A stretch of DNA of 64,000 bases from Trichodelitschia bisporula (Eukaryota), in NCBI GenBank assembly GCA_010356995.1, contig ML996704.1, positions 434,001-498,000 of the forward strand. The letters run 5' to 3'. A model generated the notes under the pieces. It did no database searches and was not told where the DNA came from. It saw only the letters and a list, made by a program, of their open reading frames with translations. Positions 47,918 through 60,241 of the stretch are shown piece by piece. Every line of letters begins with the position of its first letter. The stretch's first letter is position 1. The position numbers and the translations under genes were made by a program.

Positions 47918-49756
47918 ATGCCACCGCGCGACTCCCTCGAGCTCGCCTCCCTAGCCTCCTCCACCCCCTCCCGCAGAAGCTCAACCTCCTCCTCAGCAAG
48001 CCGCACGCCCTCGTCCCGGCGCCTCTCCTTCTCCGATGACGACCCACTGAACCCCTCCGCCGCCGCTAACAACGGCGAATCACGACCAGACAGGCACCGC
48101 AGCTACTCCGTCTCCTCCGCCTTCGACTTCGCCAGCAACCTCTTCCCGCTCTCCTCCACCGCGGCAGGGTACACCGCGCTCGGCGGCCCGGCGCACGCGA
48201 CTCTCGACCCCTCCGCCGCGCTCGCCGGCGCCTCGCTTGAGAAACACAAGTCCCTCACTTTCCTCAATGGCTTGAGCCTCGTCGTCGGCCTTATCATCGG
48301 CAGCGGCATCTTCTCGAGCCCCGCGCAGGTGAACACCAATGCCGGATCACCGGGCGCCTCGCTGATCGTGTGGGCCGTGGCCGGGATACTCGCCTGGACG
48401 GGCGCGGCGAGCTATGCCGAGCTCGGGGGCGCAATCCCACTCAACGGCGGCGCACAAGTCTACCTCTCCAAAATCTTCGGCGAATGGGCCGGGTTCCTGT
48501 TCACCTGGTGCGCGGTCTGCGTGCTCAAGCCGGGCTCAGCCGCCATCATCGCCATAATCTTCGGCGAGTACGTAGTACGAGCCGTAGTGGGCGCGGAGGC
48601 ACAGGAAGTGAACACCTGGATCAACAAAGGCGTGGCGTTGGCGGGTCTGATTCTGGTTACTTTGCTGAACTGCGTGTCTACGAAATTGGGCACGCGCTCA
48701 GCGAACGTGTTCATGTTCCTCAAGTTCGCGGCCCTGCTCGGCGTCACGGTGATTGGCATCGTAGTCGCCGCGACCGGGTACTCGTACACGGGCAAGGCGA
48801 GCGGGGACTGGAAGGCGGGCTGGTTCGAGGGCACGAGCTCGGATCTATCCCAGTGGGCGGTGGCGCTGTACGCGGGCCTCTGGGCCTTTGACGGATGGGA
48901 CAATGTATGTCCCCTTATATCCCCATTTCCTATCTACGAACTCAGCTAACCCCCACAGGTAAACTACGTCGCCGGCGAATTCATAAACCCCACACGCGAC
49001 CTCCCGCGCGTAATCCACACCTCCCTCCCCCTCGTCATAATCTCCTACCTCGCCTGCAACGTAGCGTACTTCTTCGTCCTCCCCCTCGCCGTCATCGACT
49101 CCTCCAACACCGTCGCCGTCGCCTTCGGACAGCAGGTCTTCGGCCGCATAGGCTCGCTCCTCCTCGCGCTCGCCGTGTCGGGGTCATGTTTCGGCGCGCT
49201 GAACGCCACGACCTTCACGAGCGGGCGCCTCGTTTACGCCGCTGGGCGCGAGGGGTATCTCCCGCGCGTCTTCGGGCAAATCGGGGTCGGCAGCGCCACG
49301 CCGCTGCGCCTCGGGAGCGGCACCGCGCCACGGGCGGGCAAGCTCGCAAGGCTGCTCGGCGACGACGACGCGGGCCTGTTCTTCACGCCCATCTACGCCA
49401 TGGTGCTCAACGCCTCCCTAACCGGCGCCTACATTTTGGTCGGCGAATTCAGCACCCTACTCACCTTCTACGGCGTCGCGGGGTACACATTCTATTTCTT
49501 CACCGTGCTGGGGCTCATCGTATTACGCGTTAAAGAGCCGGGTCTCGAGCGCCCGTATCGCACGTGGATCACGACGCCGATTGTGTTCTGCTGCGTGAGT
49601 TTGTTTTTACTCTCGAGAGCCGTGTTCGCGCAGCCGCTGCAGACGCTTGTTGTGGTCGCGTTTGTGCTGGCAGGCGTACCGGTGTATTTCTGGCGTGTGA
49701 AGAAGAAGGAGAGACGGAGGGGGGAGAAGGGGCCTGGATGGCGGTTTTGGCGGTGA
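47918..49756 (+). CDS. LAT-family (APC superfamily) amino acid permease
   Basis: GLIIGSGIFSSP, YAELGGAIPLNGGAQVYL, YAGLWAFDGWDN(intron 48905..48958)VNYVAGEF.NP, GRLVYAAGREGYLP, RPYRTW; about 12 TM segments. Confidence 0.93.
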
Positions 49757-50233
49757 TACCTGTGATGTGCGTTAATGAGGGGGGCCCTGATGGGTCTGGG
49801 TGTTGTCCGGCCGTTCTCGCTGGCTCGATCGAACTGAGTGCTCGCGACGGTGACCTCGGGGAGATCTGCACTAGTACCTACCCGATACAGATCTCCCTGG
49901 GACCACCGTCGCCAGCCCTCAGTTTGGTCGGTGACGGTGACGATGACTGGACGACGCTACGGATGCGGACGGGCTCCAGGGGCGAACCCCCAGGTAGCCG
50001 GGATCAGCTGGGATTCATCGGCCTGGATGAGATTCGCGGCTGGGGCGGTTAGACGACGTTATGTATATAGACCAGCGGATGTACACGATGGTTAGTTAAT
50101 ACGAGATGATACGTCTCAGACACTCCATCGACTCGAGCATACGTGATAGGAGCGTAAAACGTGATCAATGTGTTCGGGTATCAAATTGCCTAACCGCTCC
50201 GCCGTTACTCCCAACGCCAATCCATCCATCAAC

Positions 50234-50616
50234 TTAGCCCCTAAACTTTCTCAGCGCTTTCTATACACCCTTAGCACATCTCCGTCTCCCAGCTACGGGC
50301 AACTCACCTCCCGAATCTTCCTCACACTCCTCGCACTGACACCCTTCTCCCCGCTCAACCGGCCATGAATGCTCGCCTCACGCACCAACCTAGCACACAT
50401 CAGCCTACCACCCCATAAAATTCCTTTCGACCTCACTCTTGCATAAACAGCACATAGTTAAGGAAGATCTGTCCCGGTTAGCGGAGCTTGTTTTTGTTTT
50501 GATATGGGAAGCCAGGGACGCACCAAGATGTCTACGTTCTTGCTGAGCGGCCGGTTGGCGTGCGCTTTCACAATGCGCTTTAGCGTTGCGCGTGGGTAGA
50601 TATTGGCGGGGGCCAT
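50234..50616 (-). CDS. CENP-W (Wip1-like) histone-fold kinetochore protein, 77 aa, 4 exons; absent from the ORF track
   Basis: Exons 50616..50524, 50468..50437, 50389..50308 and 50260..50234, all with GT..CTRA-type branch..AG introns. Product: MAPANIYPRATLKRIVKAHANRPLSKNVDILIFLNYVLFMQELVREASIHGRLSGEKGVSARSVRKIREKALRKFRG*. Confidence 0.87.
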
Positions 50617-50910
50617 GGTTGTGGTGTTAGCGTGGTGTGGTTGTCGATATGCGTCAGTTTGGTGATGGAGACGCGACGTCCGCGCGAGGGTAACGCGGTC
50701 ACGTGACGGATATACGTAGTACCGCTCCTCTCGAACTCATCAAGGCCAGGCACAAGCATCGACGCAAGTAGCACGATATTTGGGATTTGTACGCTCCATC
50801 AGGCGGCACAGTATCTAGAATTCGTATGCCCTCAGTAGCACAGTATCTAGAATCGCCATGCTCTCACGCTTAAAAGCCCATCCGAACCAGACTCCCCATC
50901 CCGAACCACA

Positions 50911-51761
50911 CTACGAATCCACCTCCATGCTTTCTGCGCCCTCTCCCCGATTCTCAAACGTCGCATCCAACCACTGCGCAACCCCGGCGCCCTCATACAG
51001 CGCAAAGTCCTCACCCACCCCCGCAACCCCCACACTCGTATTATCCACATTAAGCTCCTTATCCTGGCTCAAACTCTCCTTCAACGCGCGGAGCGCATGC
51101 TTAATCAACTCCTCCCTGCCCGCCCCCTCAAACTGCTCCAGATTCCGCTCCAAATACGTGCGGGCCATCTGGCTGCGCGCCCCAATCCCACACGCCAACA
51201 TCTCTTGAGTAACGCCGCTCGGCTGGAATTCAAACAGGTGCGGGCCCTTGGCGTCGACCCCGGCGATGAGGAGCCCGACGCCGTAGGGGCGCTTGCCGTA
51301 GTTCTGGGTGTTGGCCTGGGCGCGGTCGCCGATGCGCTGCGTAATTTCGCCGAGAGGGATCGCGCGGTCGTAGGTCAGGCGGCTGGCGAGCGATTGCTGC
51401 TTCATGAAGTTGGAGAGGACGCGAGCGTCGCTGGCGAGCCCGGCGAGGGCCACGCCGTAGTGCGAGTCGATGGGGATGATTTTCTTTTGGTAAGAGGAGA
51501 GGTCTTCGGCGTTGCGCTGGGGGGTTGGGTTAGTGGGGTGGGAATGGGGGGGTGGGGAGGGTACCTTAAGGGCGGCGAGCACGGTGTGCGTTTTGCTCAC
51601 TACGCCGACGACGACGGAACCTTGCTTGACTGCTTCTTGGGCGTATTCGACCTGGAATATGCGGCCCTGGGGGGAGCTGGGAGATATTAGATGAAGTCGC
51701 TCGTCGGTGAACGGAGCACGAACAATGTAACCGAGTCGTTGTCATAGTTGTTGCGAAACAT
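50911..51761 (-). CDS. PRE5: 20S proteasome subunit alpha-6 (alpha type-1)
   Basis: MFRNNYDNDSVTF/SPQGRIFQVEYA; intron 51564..51517; RNAEDLSSYQKK, AGLASDARVLSNFM, GKRPYGVGLL, IGARSQMARTYLE. Confidence 0.97.
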
Positions 51762-52169
51762 GATGGCGGTTTTCTGTGCTTCAAGGTCAAAGATTCAAGG
51801 GATGAACAAGCCGCAGAAAATAAATCGCAGAGAAAGGTGGGTTGTTGAGATGGTCAGCGTTGTCGTTGCTGGTCCCTCCGCACCTCAAGGCATCACCAAG
51901 CTGGCGCGGCAAGCAGGGGAAGCTCTGACCACCCTGGGGATTTTCCGCTCCGAGCCTCAGCCCCCTCCCGCCCCAGGCTCCGCGACCGACGAGACGTCAA
52001 ACACCGCCAGCCTCTCAGCCCAACCCGGACGATCCACTCCGCGCTTCAGAGACTCCCATCCCGCGGCCTTCACATACTACCCCAACAACCACGCAACCCA
52101 TCGCGCACCCGCCCTCCTCTACCGCACCCGATCCCCGCGCAAGCCGGCCCCAGCGCAGTGCTCATGACC

Positions 52170-52642
52170 ATGGCAGGCCTGCGCACCATCATCGCGCTCT
52201 CCTTCGTATGCGCCTTCTACCCTCAAACACCACATACTAACGAGCGCCCTAGGTCCTGGCCATCGGCTTCCTGCTGGTGATCCTCTCCTCCGCCCTGTGG
52301 CAGAACTACCTCCCGCTCCTCGTGGTAGCGACCTACGTCGTCGCGCCTATTCCCAACTGGCTCTGCGGACGGGCAGCCACGAGCGATGACTTTGGCGCCG
52401 AGAGTCATGGGGTCGTTGATTTTGGGCGATGGTTGACGGGGTTCCTTGTGGTTATGGGCATGGGTAGGTTGATTCCGAGGTTAATGGGACGGGGCTGACT
52501 TAGGGTAGCGCTGCCTGCTATGTTTGCGCATTGTGCGCTTATTTCGTATCCGGCTATGGTTATGAGTATTACGGGGGGGTTGCTTATTTACGGGACTATC
52601 ATCACGTTCACGATGTTCTTCCAGGAGGATCCGGACTTTTAG
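52170..52642 (+). CDS. VPS55: Vacuolar protein sorting 55 (OB-RGRP/endospanin family)
   Basis: MAGLRTIIALSF / VLAIGFLLVILSSALWQNYLPLLVVATYVVAPIPNW..DFGRWLTGFLVVMG / ALPAMFAHC..GGLLIYGTIITFTMFFQEDPDF*. Two introns; alternative in-frame ATG at 52164. Confidence 0.93.
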
Positions 52643-53098
52643 GAGGCTAGGGGTTGAGATGGAGCTGGGGGACCGAGGGGCTCGGTATTGCTGGCAGGAC
52701 CGTGCCGGAAGTTATGAAGGTCGGTTGTTTTGTGTTGTTAGCATATCCCAGGGCCGGAGGAATGGGTGGGGAAGTACTATGGGGCTGGGTTTGGCAATGC
52801 CGGAGTTACGGCGTCTTGTATTCTGTAGGGTCAAACTACTTTCACATACGAGCAGGAAAGGTCTTGACAATCGAACAGGCTTGAGGCTTACTCCCTTTCC
52901 TAGACCTTGGCTCAAAAGTGAATGATCTGTTGCGGTAGTATAATAAAGGAAACTTTGCATTTCAGCCATTTATATGAGTACGAACACCGATTCAACGCCC
53001 AACTCCATCTCTGACCAGTAAACATGTGTCAAACAAGTTATGGACCTCGCACCAGTCGCAATCCACTATTAGCCACATTCGTCTCGAGTGTCGAGGGA

Positions 53099-53709
53099 CT
53101 ACAACGCGAGATTGTAAGTGTACTCGTCCTCCATGTTCTGCGCGACCCATAATATAGCCGAGCTACGCCAGGTTAGCACAAAGCGAAGAAGCCGCCAGAC
53201 CACATACCTCATCATGATAAGCGCATTCGCAATGACGTTCGCAACACCGAACCAAAGCGTCGGAAAGCCCACCTCCTTAACCACATACTTCAACACCAAC
53301 ACCGTCACACTCCCGGCAAGCCCGCCAGCCAACAGCGCAAACCCAAGGAACAGCACCAAGCGCGCCTTCCACGCCACGCTATTCCCGCTGTAACTGAAGC
53401 TATCCGCGCTCAGCCGCGACTTGTCGATGCTATTGATGACGAGCATGCCGAGCGACGAGCAGATGCCTGGGATCCAGTCGACAAAGGTGACATGGTAGAC
53501 CGAGCCATTGCGCGCTGACTTGCTGTAACTGGCCGCATCGACGAAGAAGAAGAACCCGAGCGAGAACTGCACTGCGTTAGTCGCGTGCCTTGCCGCGGAC
53601 GGATGTGGGGGCTCACCAGGGCGCCGGATAGGTAGACGCCTGTTGTGCGTGCGTTGGCACTGTTCAGCCACTGCGGCTTGGGGAAGCGGAAGAGACGTGA
53701 ACCTGACAT
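53099..53709 (-). CDS. VPS68: Vacuolar protein sorting 68 (UPF0220/TMEM50 family)
   Basis: MSGSRLFRFPKPQWL..GVYLSGAL / FSLGFFFFVDAA..TFVDWIPGICSSLGMLVINSIDKSRL..ARLVLFLGFALLAGGLAGS..ANALIMM / SSAILWVAQNMEDEYTYNLAL*. Confidence 0.92.
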
Positions 53710-54064
53710 TGCTGTGGGGTGGATGCGCTGCTGGTAGAGATGCGGAGCGATGCTGAGTGGTGCTGTGGTTGCTCCTTGCCTGCAGGCGTCTGATGTGATG
53801 TCGGAGGTGAGGCTGGGGTGCAGGTGGTCCGAGCTTGCGCCTGCGCGCTAGGGCGGTAAATTCGAGGTTCTCATTCTGCGGAGGGAGAAAAAAGTTCGAA
53901 CTGCAAAGGAACTGCAACCTCCACACCTCTTTTCGCCCCGCACTCCTTCTTATAGGATATATTTGTCGCTGAAAGTATTCACGAAGCTTTGATCACCGTT
54001 CACTTTTCTGTACAGGCCTTTCTCCGCCCCGACCGCATTTAGTCGTCAATTCGCCCCGCACATC

Positions 54065-54744
54065 ATGGCACCTAGAGGAGGAGGCTCTTCAAGAGGTGGA
54101 TCATCCAGGGGTGGTTCTTCGAGAGGCGGGAAGAGCGGTTCCTCGAGAGGAGGATCAAGCGGTTCCTCGAGAGGAGGATCGAGCGGTTCCTCGAGGGGAG
54201 GATCGTCCGGATCTAGCTCATCGCGAGTCTCCAAGTCCAAGAAGCCCGGCAAACCTTCGACAGCCACCCCGTTCAAGACGAAGCGGCCCACGCTCGTGCA
54301 AAAGAAGAAGAAGCGGGTCTACACTGAGGAAGAGCTGGGGATCCCAAAGCTGAACATGATCACGCCTGCGGGAGTGGTTCAGCCCAAGGGCCAAAAGAAG
54401 GGCAAGGTGTTTGTCGACGACCAGGAGAGCATGATGACGATCTTGGCCATGGTAAATGCGGAGAAGGAGGGACAGATCGAGTCGAAGATGATGAAGGCTG
54501 TATGTTTTTCACCTGGGCATATCTGTGCAGAACTGACTGGGTCCAGAGGCAAATGGAGGCGATCCGCGAGGCTAGACACAATGAAGCCGAGGCCAGGCAA
54601 GCAGAGCGAAAGAACAAGCTGGAGGATGTCAAGGACTCCCTGCGGAAGAAGAACAAGAAGAAGCTGAACGCTGAGATATCAACAATTGCAAAGGAAGAAT
54701 CAGCTAAGCCAGCGAAACCCAAGAAGCGGGTCTCGTTCGGTTGA
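54065..54744 (+). CDS. LOC1: 60S ribosomal subunit assembly/export protein Loc1, with N-terminal SSRGG repeats
   Basis: [41 protein letters not shown]; intron 54500..54546; [17 protein letters not shown]. Confidence 0.92.
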
Positions 54745-54865
54745 GCTAGCTGTGGGCAGACATATGTGCACTGCAAGAAATGGAGGAAAATTAGCGCTCT
54801 ATTGTGTCGCTATCAGCCGCTTTAAACTGTACACCCTATCTACATGTCTGCCCTGCACCCAGGGT

Positions 54866-56380
54866 TCACGCCACGTCGGGTATCAGCAGCTTCCGGCGGA
54901 TGGGATCATATACAACAGGCTTCTTGTGGCTTGTCGTGGTCTCGGGTTCTGGGATCTCCCGCTGCTTCTTCAGCGCTTCAAGATCAGCCTCGTTCGCCAT
55001 CTTTTGGAGGAATGCGCAGGCGGATCTCGAAAACCACCGCTCCCCTCCAATTTCAAACCAACTCAGATGGCCTCCAAGGGAGGTGCTGCATAGCACGACG
55101 TGCCGGCTTTGCTTGATCTCTTCATGCGGGACGGCTTCATTGACAGCGATCTGCGGGTGTTAGGAGTTATTTAGTCAATGGAAGTGTGCAACAAACCGGA
55201 TCGTCTTCTGCGTGAATGGCCAGCACCGGAATGCGGATGGCTAAGAGAGGCTCAACCGAGGAAGCATCGCGATAATATGCCCCTTCGGTCGGCCAGCCCC
55301 ATGTGGGACACTGGACGTACCTGCCTTGTAAGTGGCTAGCATTGGATGTGACCTTCTCTCTTACCTGTCGAATTCATGCAGATACCTGGCTGAGCGGACT
55401 TTCTCGATGTCAATGTCTGGGTTTCCCTTTGTGATTTGTTCGAAGTGACTGCCGCCGTCAGTTGGTGTCCCCAAAGTGGCAAATCTCTTACTCCTCAAAG
55501 AGCTGCTTCATGCCGGTGCCCATAACCCGCGCGTATACGTGCAGTCCGATCCAGGACCGCTGCAGTGCCAAATTGCTGACTTCCAAATTCCACGGATTGG
55601 ACACGATCACAGCGGCGTCGAGCTTGCATTTTGCGCCCTCTTCACCCAAGTACTAAACGGCATCAGCAATCCGCTCTCAATTGCTACCATGTGAGAAATA
55701 CATACATTAGTCAGGATATTCCCGCCCAAACTGAAGCCAATGCCAAACAGCTTTCGCCGCGGCCACTTCTCGCGACACCAATCCACCATTTGCCTCACAT
55801 CCCAGGTGGCACGCGCATTGTACAGTACGCCGCTTGTGATCTTGCTCTGCGCGCAGCCTCGCGCGTTCACAACGCATGCCTCCCATCCACCATCTTCGAG
55901 GCACAGCGGCCGCAGGACATGCCGCAGGTAGATCTCGTGTGAGCCGCCGCTGAGTCCGTGGAGCATGATCAGCATCGGCTTGTCATCGTCGCTTCCCATC
56001 AACTTGAACTCATCTTCGGTGTAGTAGGTTGTACGCTGAGGCAGCGAGACATCGGGTTCAGGGGCCGTCTCAGGCGTGGGGCCTACGAAGTCGACGGCGA
56101 AAGTACCTGGATAGGTGGTCGAGTTGGAGATGAAGATGCGGCGCTTGTAGGTTATGGGGATATCTAGGCCCTTGATTGCGGTCCAGCAGGTCTGGACGTG
56201 GCCGTTGAAGATGAGGGGGTTTAGCCTGCAGGGCGGTGTAACCTGCTTTGACAGGTCGAGGAGCGAGACCTTGGTCTGTTCATCTTTGACGTCGTCCTGG
56301 CTCTTCAGCGGAATGGCGATGGGGTCGGCATGTGAGTACCACGTCGTGCGGGCAACGCCGAGATAGGAAGCCAAGTGCAT
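54866..56380 (-). CDS. AB_hydrolase_4 family esterase/acyltransferase (Eht1/Eeb1/Mgl2-like)
   Basis: FNGHVQT, LHGLSGGSHEIY, VVNARGCA, GFSLGGNIL (Ser), HEFDR, YYRDASS, HAEDDP (Asp), GGHLSWF (His). Four short introns. Confidence 0.92.
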
Positions 56381-56805
56381 AGTGGGCTAGCGAACGTTCG
56401 TGGCAGATGAGGACAATGTAACTTTAGGGGATCAGCAAATCAACCAAGCTGAAGCTTTCCAGAAGTCGGATTTAAGATCTGTAATCGACGAGACCATTGC
56501 CTCGGATCCATAAAAGGCGCTAAGTGATATATTCGTAGCATTGTCTTATAGTTGGCTTGTGCTGCAAGCGGCTGTCGAGCCAGTTGCATGTGGTATGTCA
56601 CGCATAGCGCTAAAGGCGTCTATTCCCCTGCACACGAGTCAAGTCGCCGCGTGCATGAGGCGCATACCTCAGATGCGCAGTACTCCAGCACGACTTCCCG
56701 GACCAAAAGACGAGACATAAAGCCGCAATGATGGGCCACCGACGCCCCACACCCTGACCATGGCCCACCGCATACAATAAGAGTTCCGACCTTCCTCTCC
56801 TTACC

Positions 56806-59800
56806 ATGAGTTACCCGTTCGTCAACTACGAGACGGCCGCGTCCGGCTTTGGCTCGCCTCCCACTGGCCAGCCTGCCTACGGCTATATGCCCCAGCAGCA
56901 ACAGCAGCCGGCGCAACAGCCCGCCTACCATACCACGCATGGCCTGCCGATCGTGCAGACGCCGATGGATACCCTCCAGGCGCAATATCAAGCGGGCTAC
57001 TCGCCGCTCTACGCGTCACAAAGCCCTTCCGCCCAACAGCAGCTCCAGCATCAACAACATCAACAGCAGCAACAGCAGAGGCAAATACAACAGCAGCAAT
57101 ATCAGCAGCAACAGCAACAGTTGCAATACACGTTGCCTGCCGCCTCTATGCCGAATTCCTATAGTGGCGCGCAATTCGCGTGGCCCCCTCCGCCACAGAC
57201 GCAACCCCAAACGCAACCCGCAAACCGCCAACAACCTCAGGCACACCACGTCCAGCAGCACCATCAGCCCTACCAGACCCCTCGAGTGCAACTACAGTCC
57301 TCCGCGCCTGCCTCTTCGGTAGCCAGATCGCATAACCACCAATCCCAAGTGCAAGGCCAGGTCCGCCCGCAGCAGCAAATCCAGCACCCCGCGCCCGCTA
57401 CCACTCCCGCACTTCAATCCACGATCAAGTTGGAACTCCAGCAGCAGCAGCTGCGATACCAAGAGCACCAGCGGTTGCAGCAGCAGCAGCAGGCACGACA
57501 ATCTCTACCAAAAGTCGAGTACCAAACTCCCGCATTCGGTACCACATCGTCGCAAGCGTCCCCGCCCCGACCGCGCATCCCCCAAGTGCAGGTTCCTAAG
57601 TCTACACCACGCCCCACTGACGCCCTTGGACGCTCCCCGGGTATGAGCTCTACGCCAGTGAAGCAAAGCCCGGGGGGTACGCCCGCTGAGCTCGACTTCC
57701 GTGCCGTAGCGCTGTCGCTTGCGGATGAGTACCTGACGGCTGCGCGGGGAATGACCACACACATTGCACTGGGGAGGAAAAAGGAAGAGATGGAGGAGTA
57801 CTACAAGCTAATTGCTACGGCGCTGGGATGCATCGAGTCCGTCCTCAAGGTTTGTGCACATGCGTCGGAGGGAACTTGTGCTGACGATGTAGAACTTCCG
57901 TTTACCGCCACGTGAAGAGGCGTGCCTGACACTCAAGTATGCTAACATCATGTTTGCGGAGACGGAGAACTACACCGAGATGGAGACGCTGCTGAGCAAA
58001 GGCGTATGTTCCATTGATCTTCCATTCGGCTTGCTAACGTGACTAGATCACTTTGTGCCATCGCGTAAAGTTCTCAGACCCAGCCCTTGACCCCTAACTA
58101 ACGCGTCTAGAATCGATTCGTGGACCTGAAGTACAGCATGAGCCACCTGCTCGCTAGAGTGTTGTTCAAGACGAACCCCAGGGCCGCGCTGAAATCCGTC
58201 GAGAAGGTCATACCCGATGTGACAGCGTACGTTAAGTCCCTGAGGTGCGGACTTGCCAGTCACTAACGCTTGTCAGGTATCGATATAGCTCCTGGGTTTA
58301 CGCTTTCCGATTTCTGCAGGTTTCTTTCTCCCTCCAGATAGGTACGCACCACGAGTTACTCTCCGCAATCAACAACCTGCAAGCGCTTTCCAAAATTGCG
58401 GACAAGAAAGGAGATAGTGCCGTCCTTGCTACTGCTGCGACGCTAGAGGCCCTAGCTCACCTACGCTCTGGAAGCCCCGACTGCATCGAACAAGCCCAAC
58501 GTGCTATTGCCGCTGCCAGAACCCATCAGGTCACATGGTCCCATGAATTCGTTCCAGTCTGGGCTCTGCTTCACTGCATGGACCTCCAGTGCAGTCTCCT
58601 CCAATACAATCCCGAACAGGCGATGATCAAGATGCGGGCGATGCAACAGCATATGGACGAGCATAGCAACGACCCTGATTGGCGAGATGATGGGTCATTT
58701 TACATTCCTCTGTCGCGATATGAAGCTGCAACCGCTGCCGCTACTCTTGAAACAGGAGGAATCTTTCGCAGACTGTCTGGTGGCGCATCAGACCAGCTTG
58801 CGTTTTCTTGGACCCAACCGCACAACTTCTACACCTACACGTACCTACTTAGTGGTATTGCTGTCCAACTGAAGCAGCCTAATGACTCGCACGGCCTCAC
58901 GTACCTGGAGGAAGGGTTGAAGACGTTCGATGGTAAGTCGTCCTTTTGCTGTCTAACGTTTCTCACATGACAAGGTCTCTTCCGTTCTTCGGCATCCGGG
59001 AACGAGCCCTTCCACCCTTCCCTCTCTTGGGCCGTCGACCGTCTCAAGTACTCCTATGAGCTCAGATGGTATCTCCGGTGCTACACCGTTTTTGCCCTCT
59101 GCAATCACTCCAAATGGGATGCTGCCGCCAAAGTCTTCAACAGTTTAGATCCGGAGCTATCCAATTCCACCTCCTCGCACCAACGCCTGGTCACCTATCT
59201 TCGTGGCGTCATTTCTCAAGGAACTGGCGACATTGAGACAGCGTTGAAATGCTACCAGGACCTTCTGCTCGCTCTGCCGAAGCACAGCACCGGCGGGTTC
59301 TCGGATCCAGAGACAGACCTGTGTATCCTCGCCGCACTCAGCACACTCCTCATCATCCGCTCACCCTCACACCCCGAGCACGCTCAAACCGCGTCTTTGA
59401 TGGCCGCTTTAGAGCCCATGGTGAAGCACCACCCTAGTAAATCCATCCAGTCTGCCACCCACCTACTCCAGGCGATGGTCAATCCCAACGACCATATCAT
59501 CAAGCGGAAAACGGCGCTTCAATCGGGCCTTAATCAGGCGCGTGCGGTTAACAATCAGCTTCTGCTCGCGGTAGCTATGAATCTGACCTCAGCCATATTC
59601 TTCCGCAACATCGTCGGCGAACAAGCCAGTTCCTGTGTCAACACTGCCAAGGGATTGGCTGCACGCGCTGATAGTGCTTTGTGGAGTGCGGTAGCACATT
59701 CTCACCTTGCGGATAATCTCGAGATGCAAGGCCGCACAGCTGATGCCGAAGCAGCAAGGGAAGGGGAGGCCCAGTTCGTGAAGAAATTGCCGAAGGGCGT

Positions 59801-59867
59801 CAAGCGGGCAATTGGGGTTGAGGAAGGGGACGAAGAGGAGGAAGTCGGTGAAGTGATGAAGCAGTGA
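56806..59867 (+). CDS. Cohesin loading factor Mau2/Scc4 with Gln-rich N-terminal extension
   Basis: LSLADEYLTAA..YYKLIATALGCIESVL, EACLTLKYANIMFAETENYTEMETLLSKG, DLKYSMSHLL, SWVYAFRFL and a helical TPR-like C-terminus. Multiple introns. Confidence 0.88.
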
Positions 59868-60241
59868 TGTGGGTGTTCCGATGTTGGTGTCTATCTTGAC
59901 CATTTGAGCCAAGCGGGGGAAAGGGGCCTGGCCCTCAGTTTCGGCGTTTGGGTGTGAGTTAAATCGCGGTCAAAGGAGGCGGGAGGCGTGTGGATCCGGG
60001 TATACCCTTGCTTCGAACTTGCTGCAAAGCATCTCTGCGCGGCAGGATTTTCGGTGTGCATAGCTAGGCCTGGCCTTTACCGACGTTTATTTCACGGCAT
60101 TTTGGCGTGGACTGGGTCGCGGCCGGTTTCAAAAGTTCAGGCACACTGTACGATGCCATGTGAGGGACAGTAGTGTGTCAGTCAAACAATTCTGAGATTC
60201 TTTGGCTACATTCCGCTCCACTGATTACTCCAGCTCCCCCA

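Noticed and set aside
54086..54222. SSRGG repeats in Loc1 as a novel element
   Set aside because: Low-complexity RGG/Ser N-termini are ordinary for nucleolar proteins; recorded within the CDS feature.
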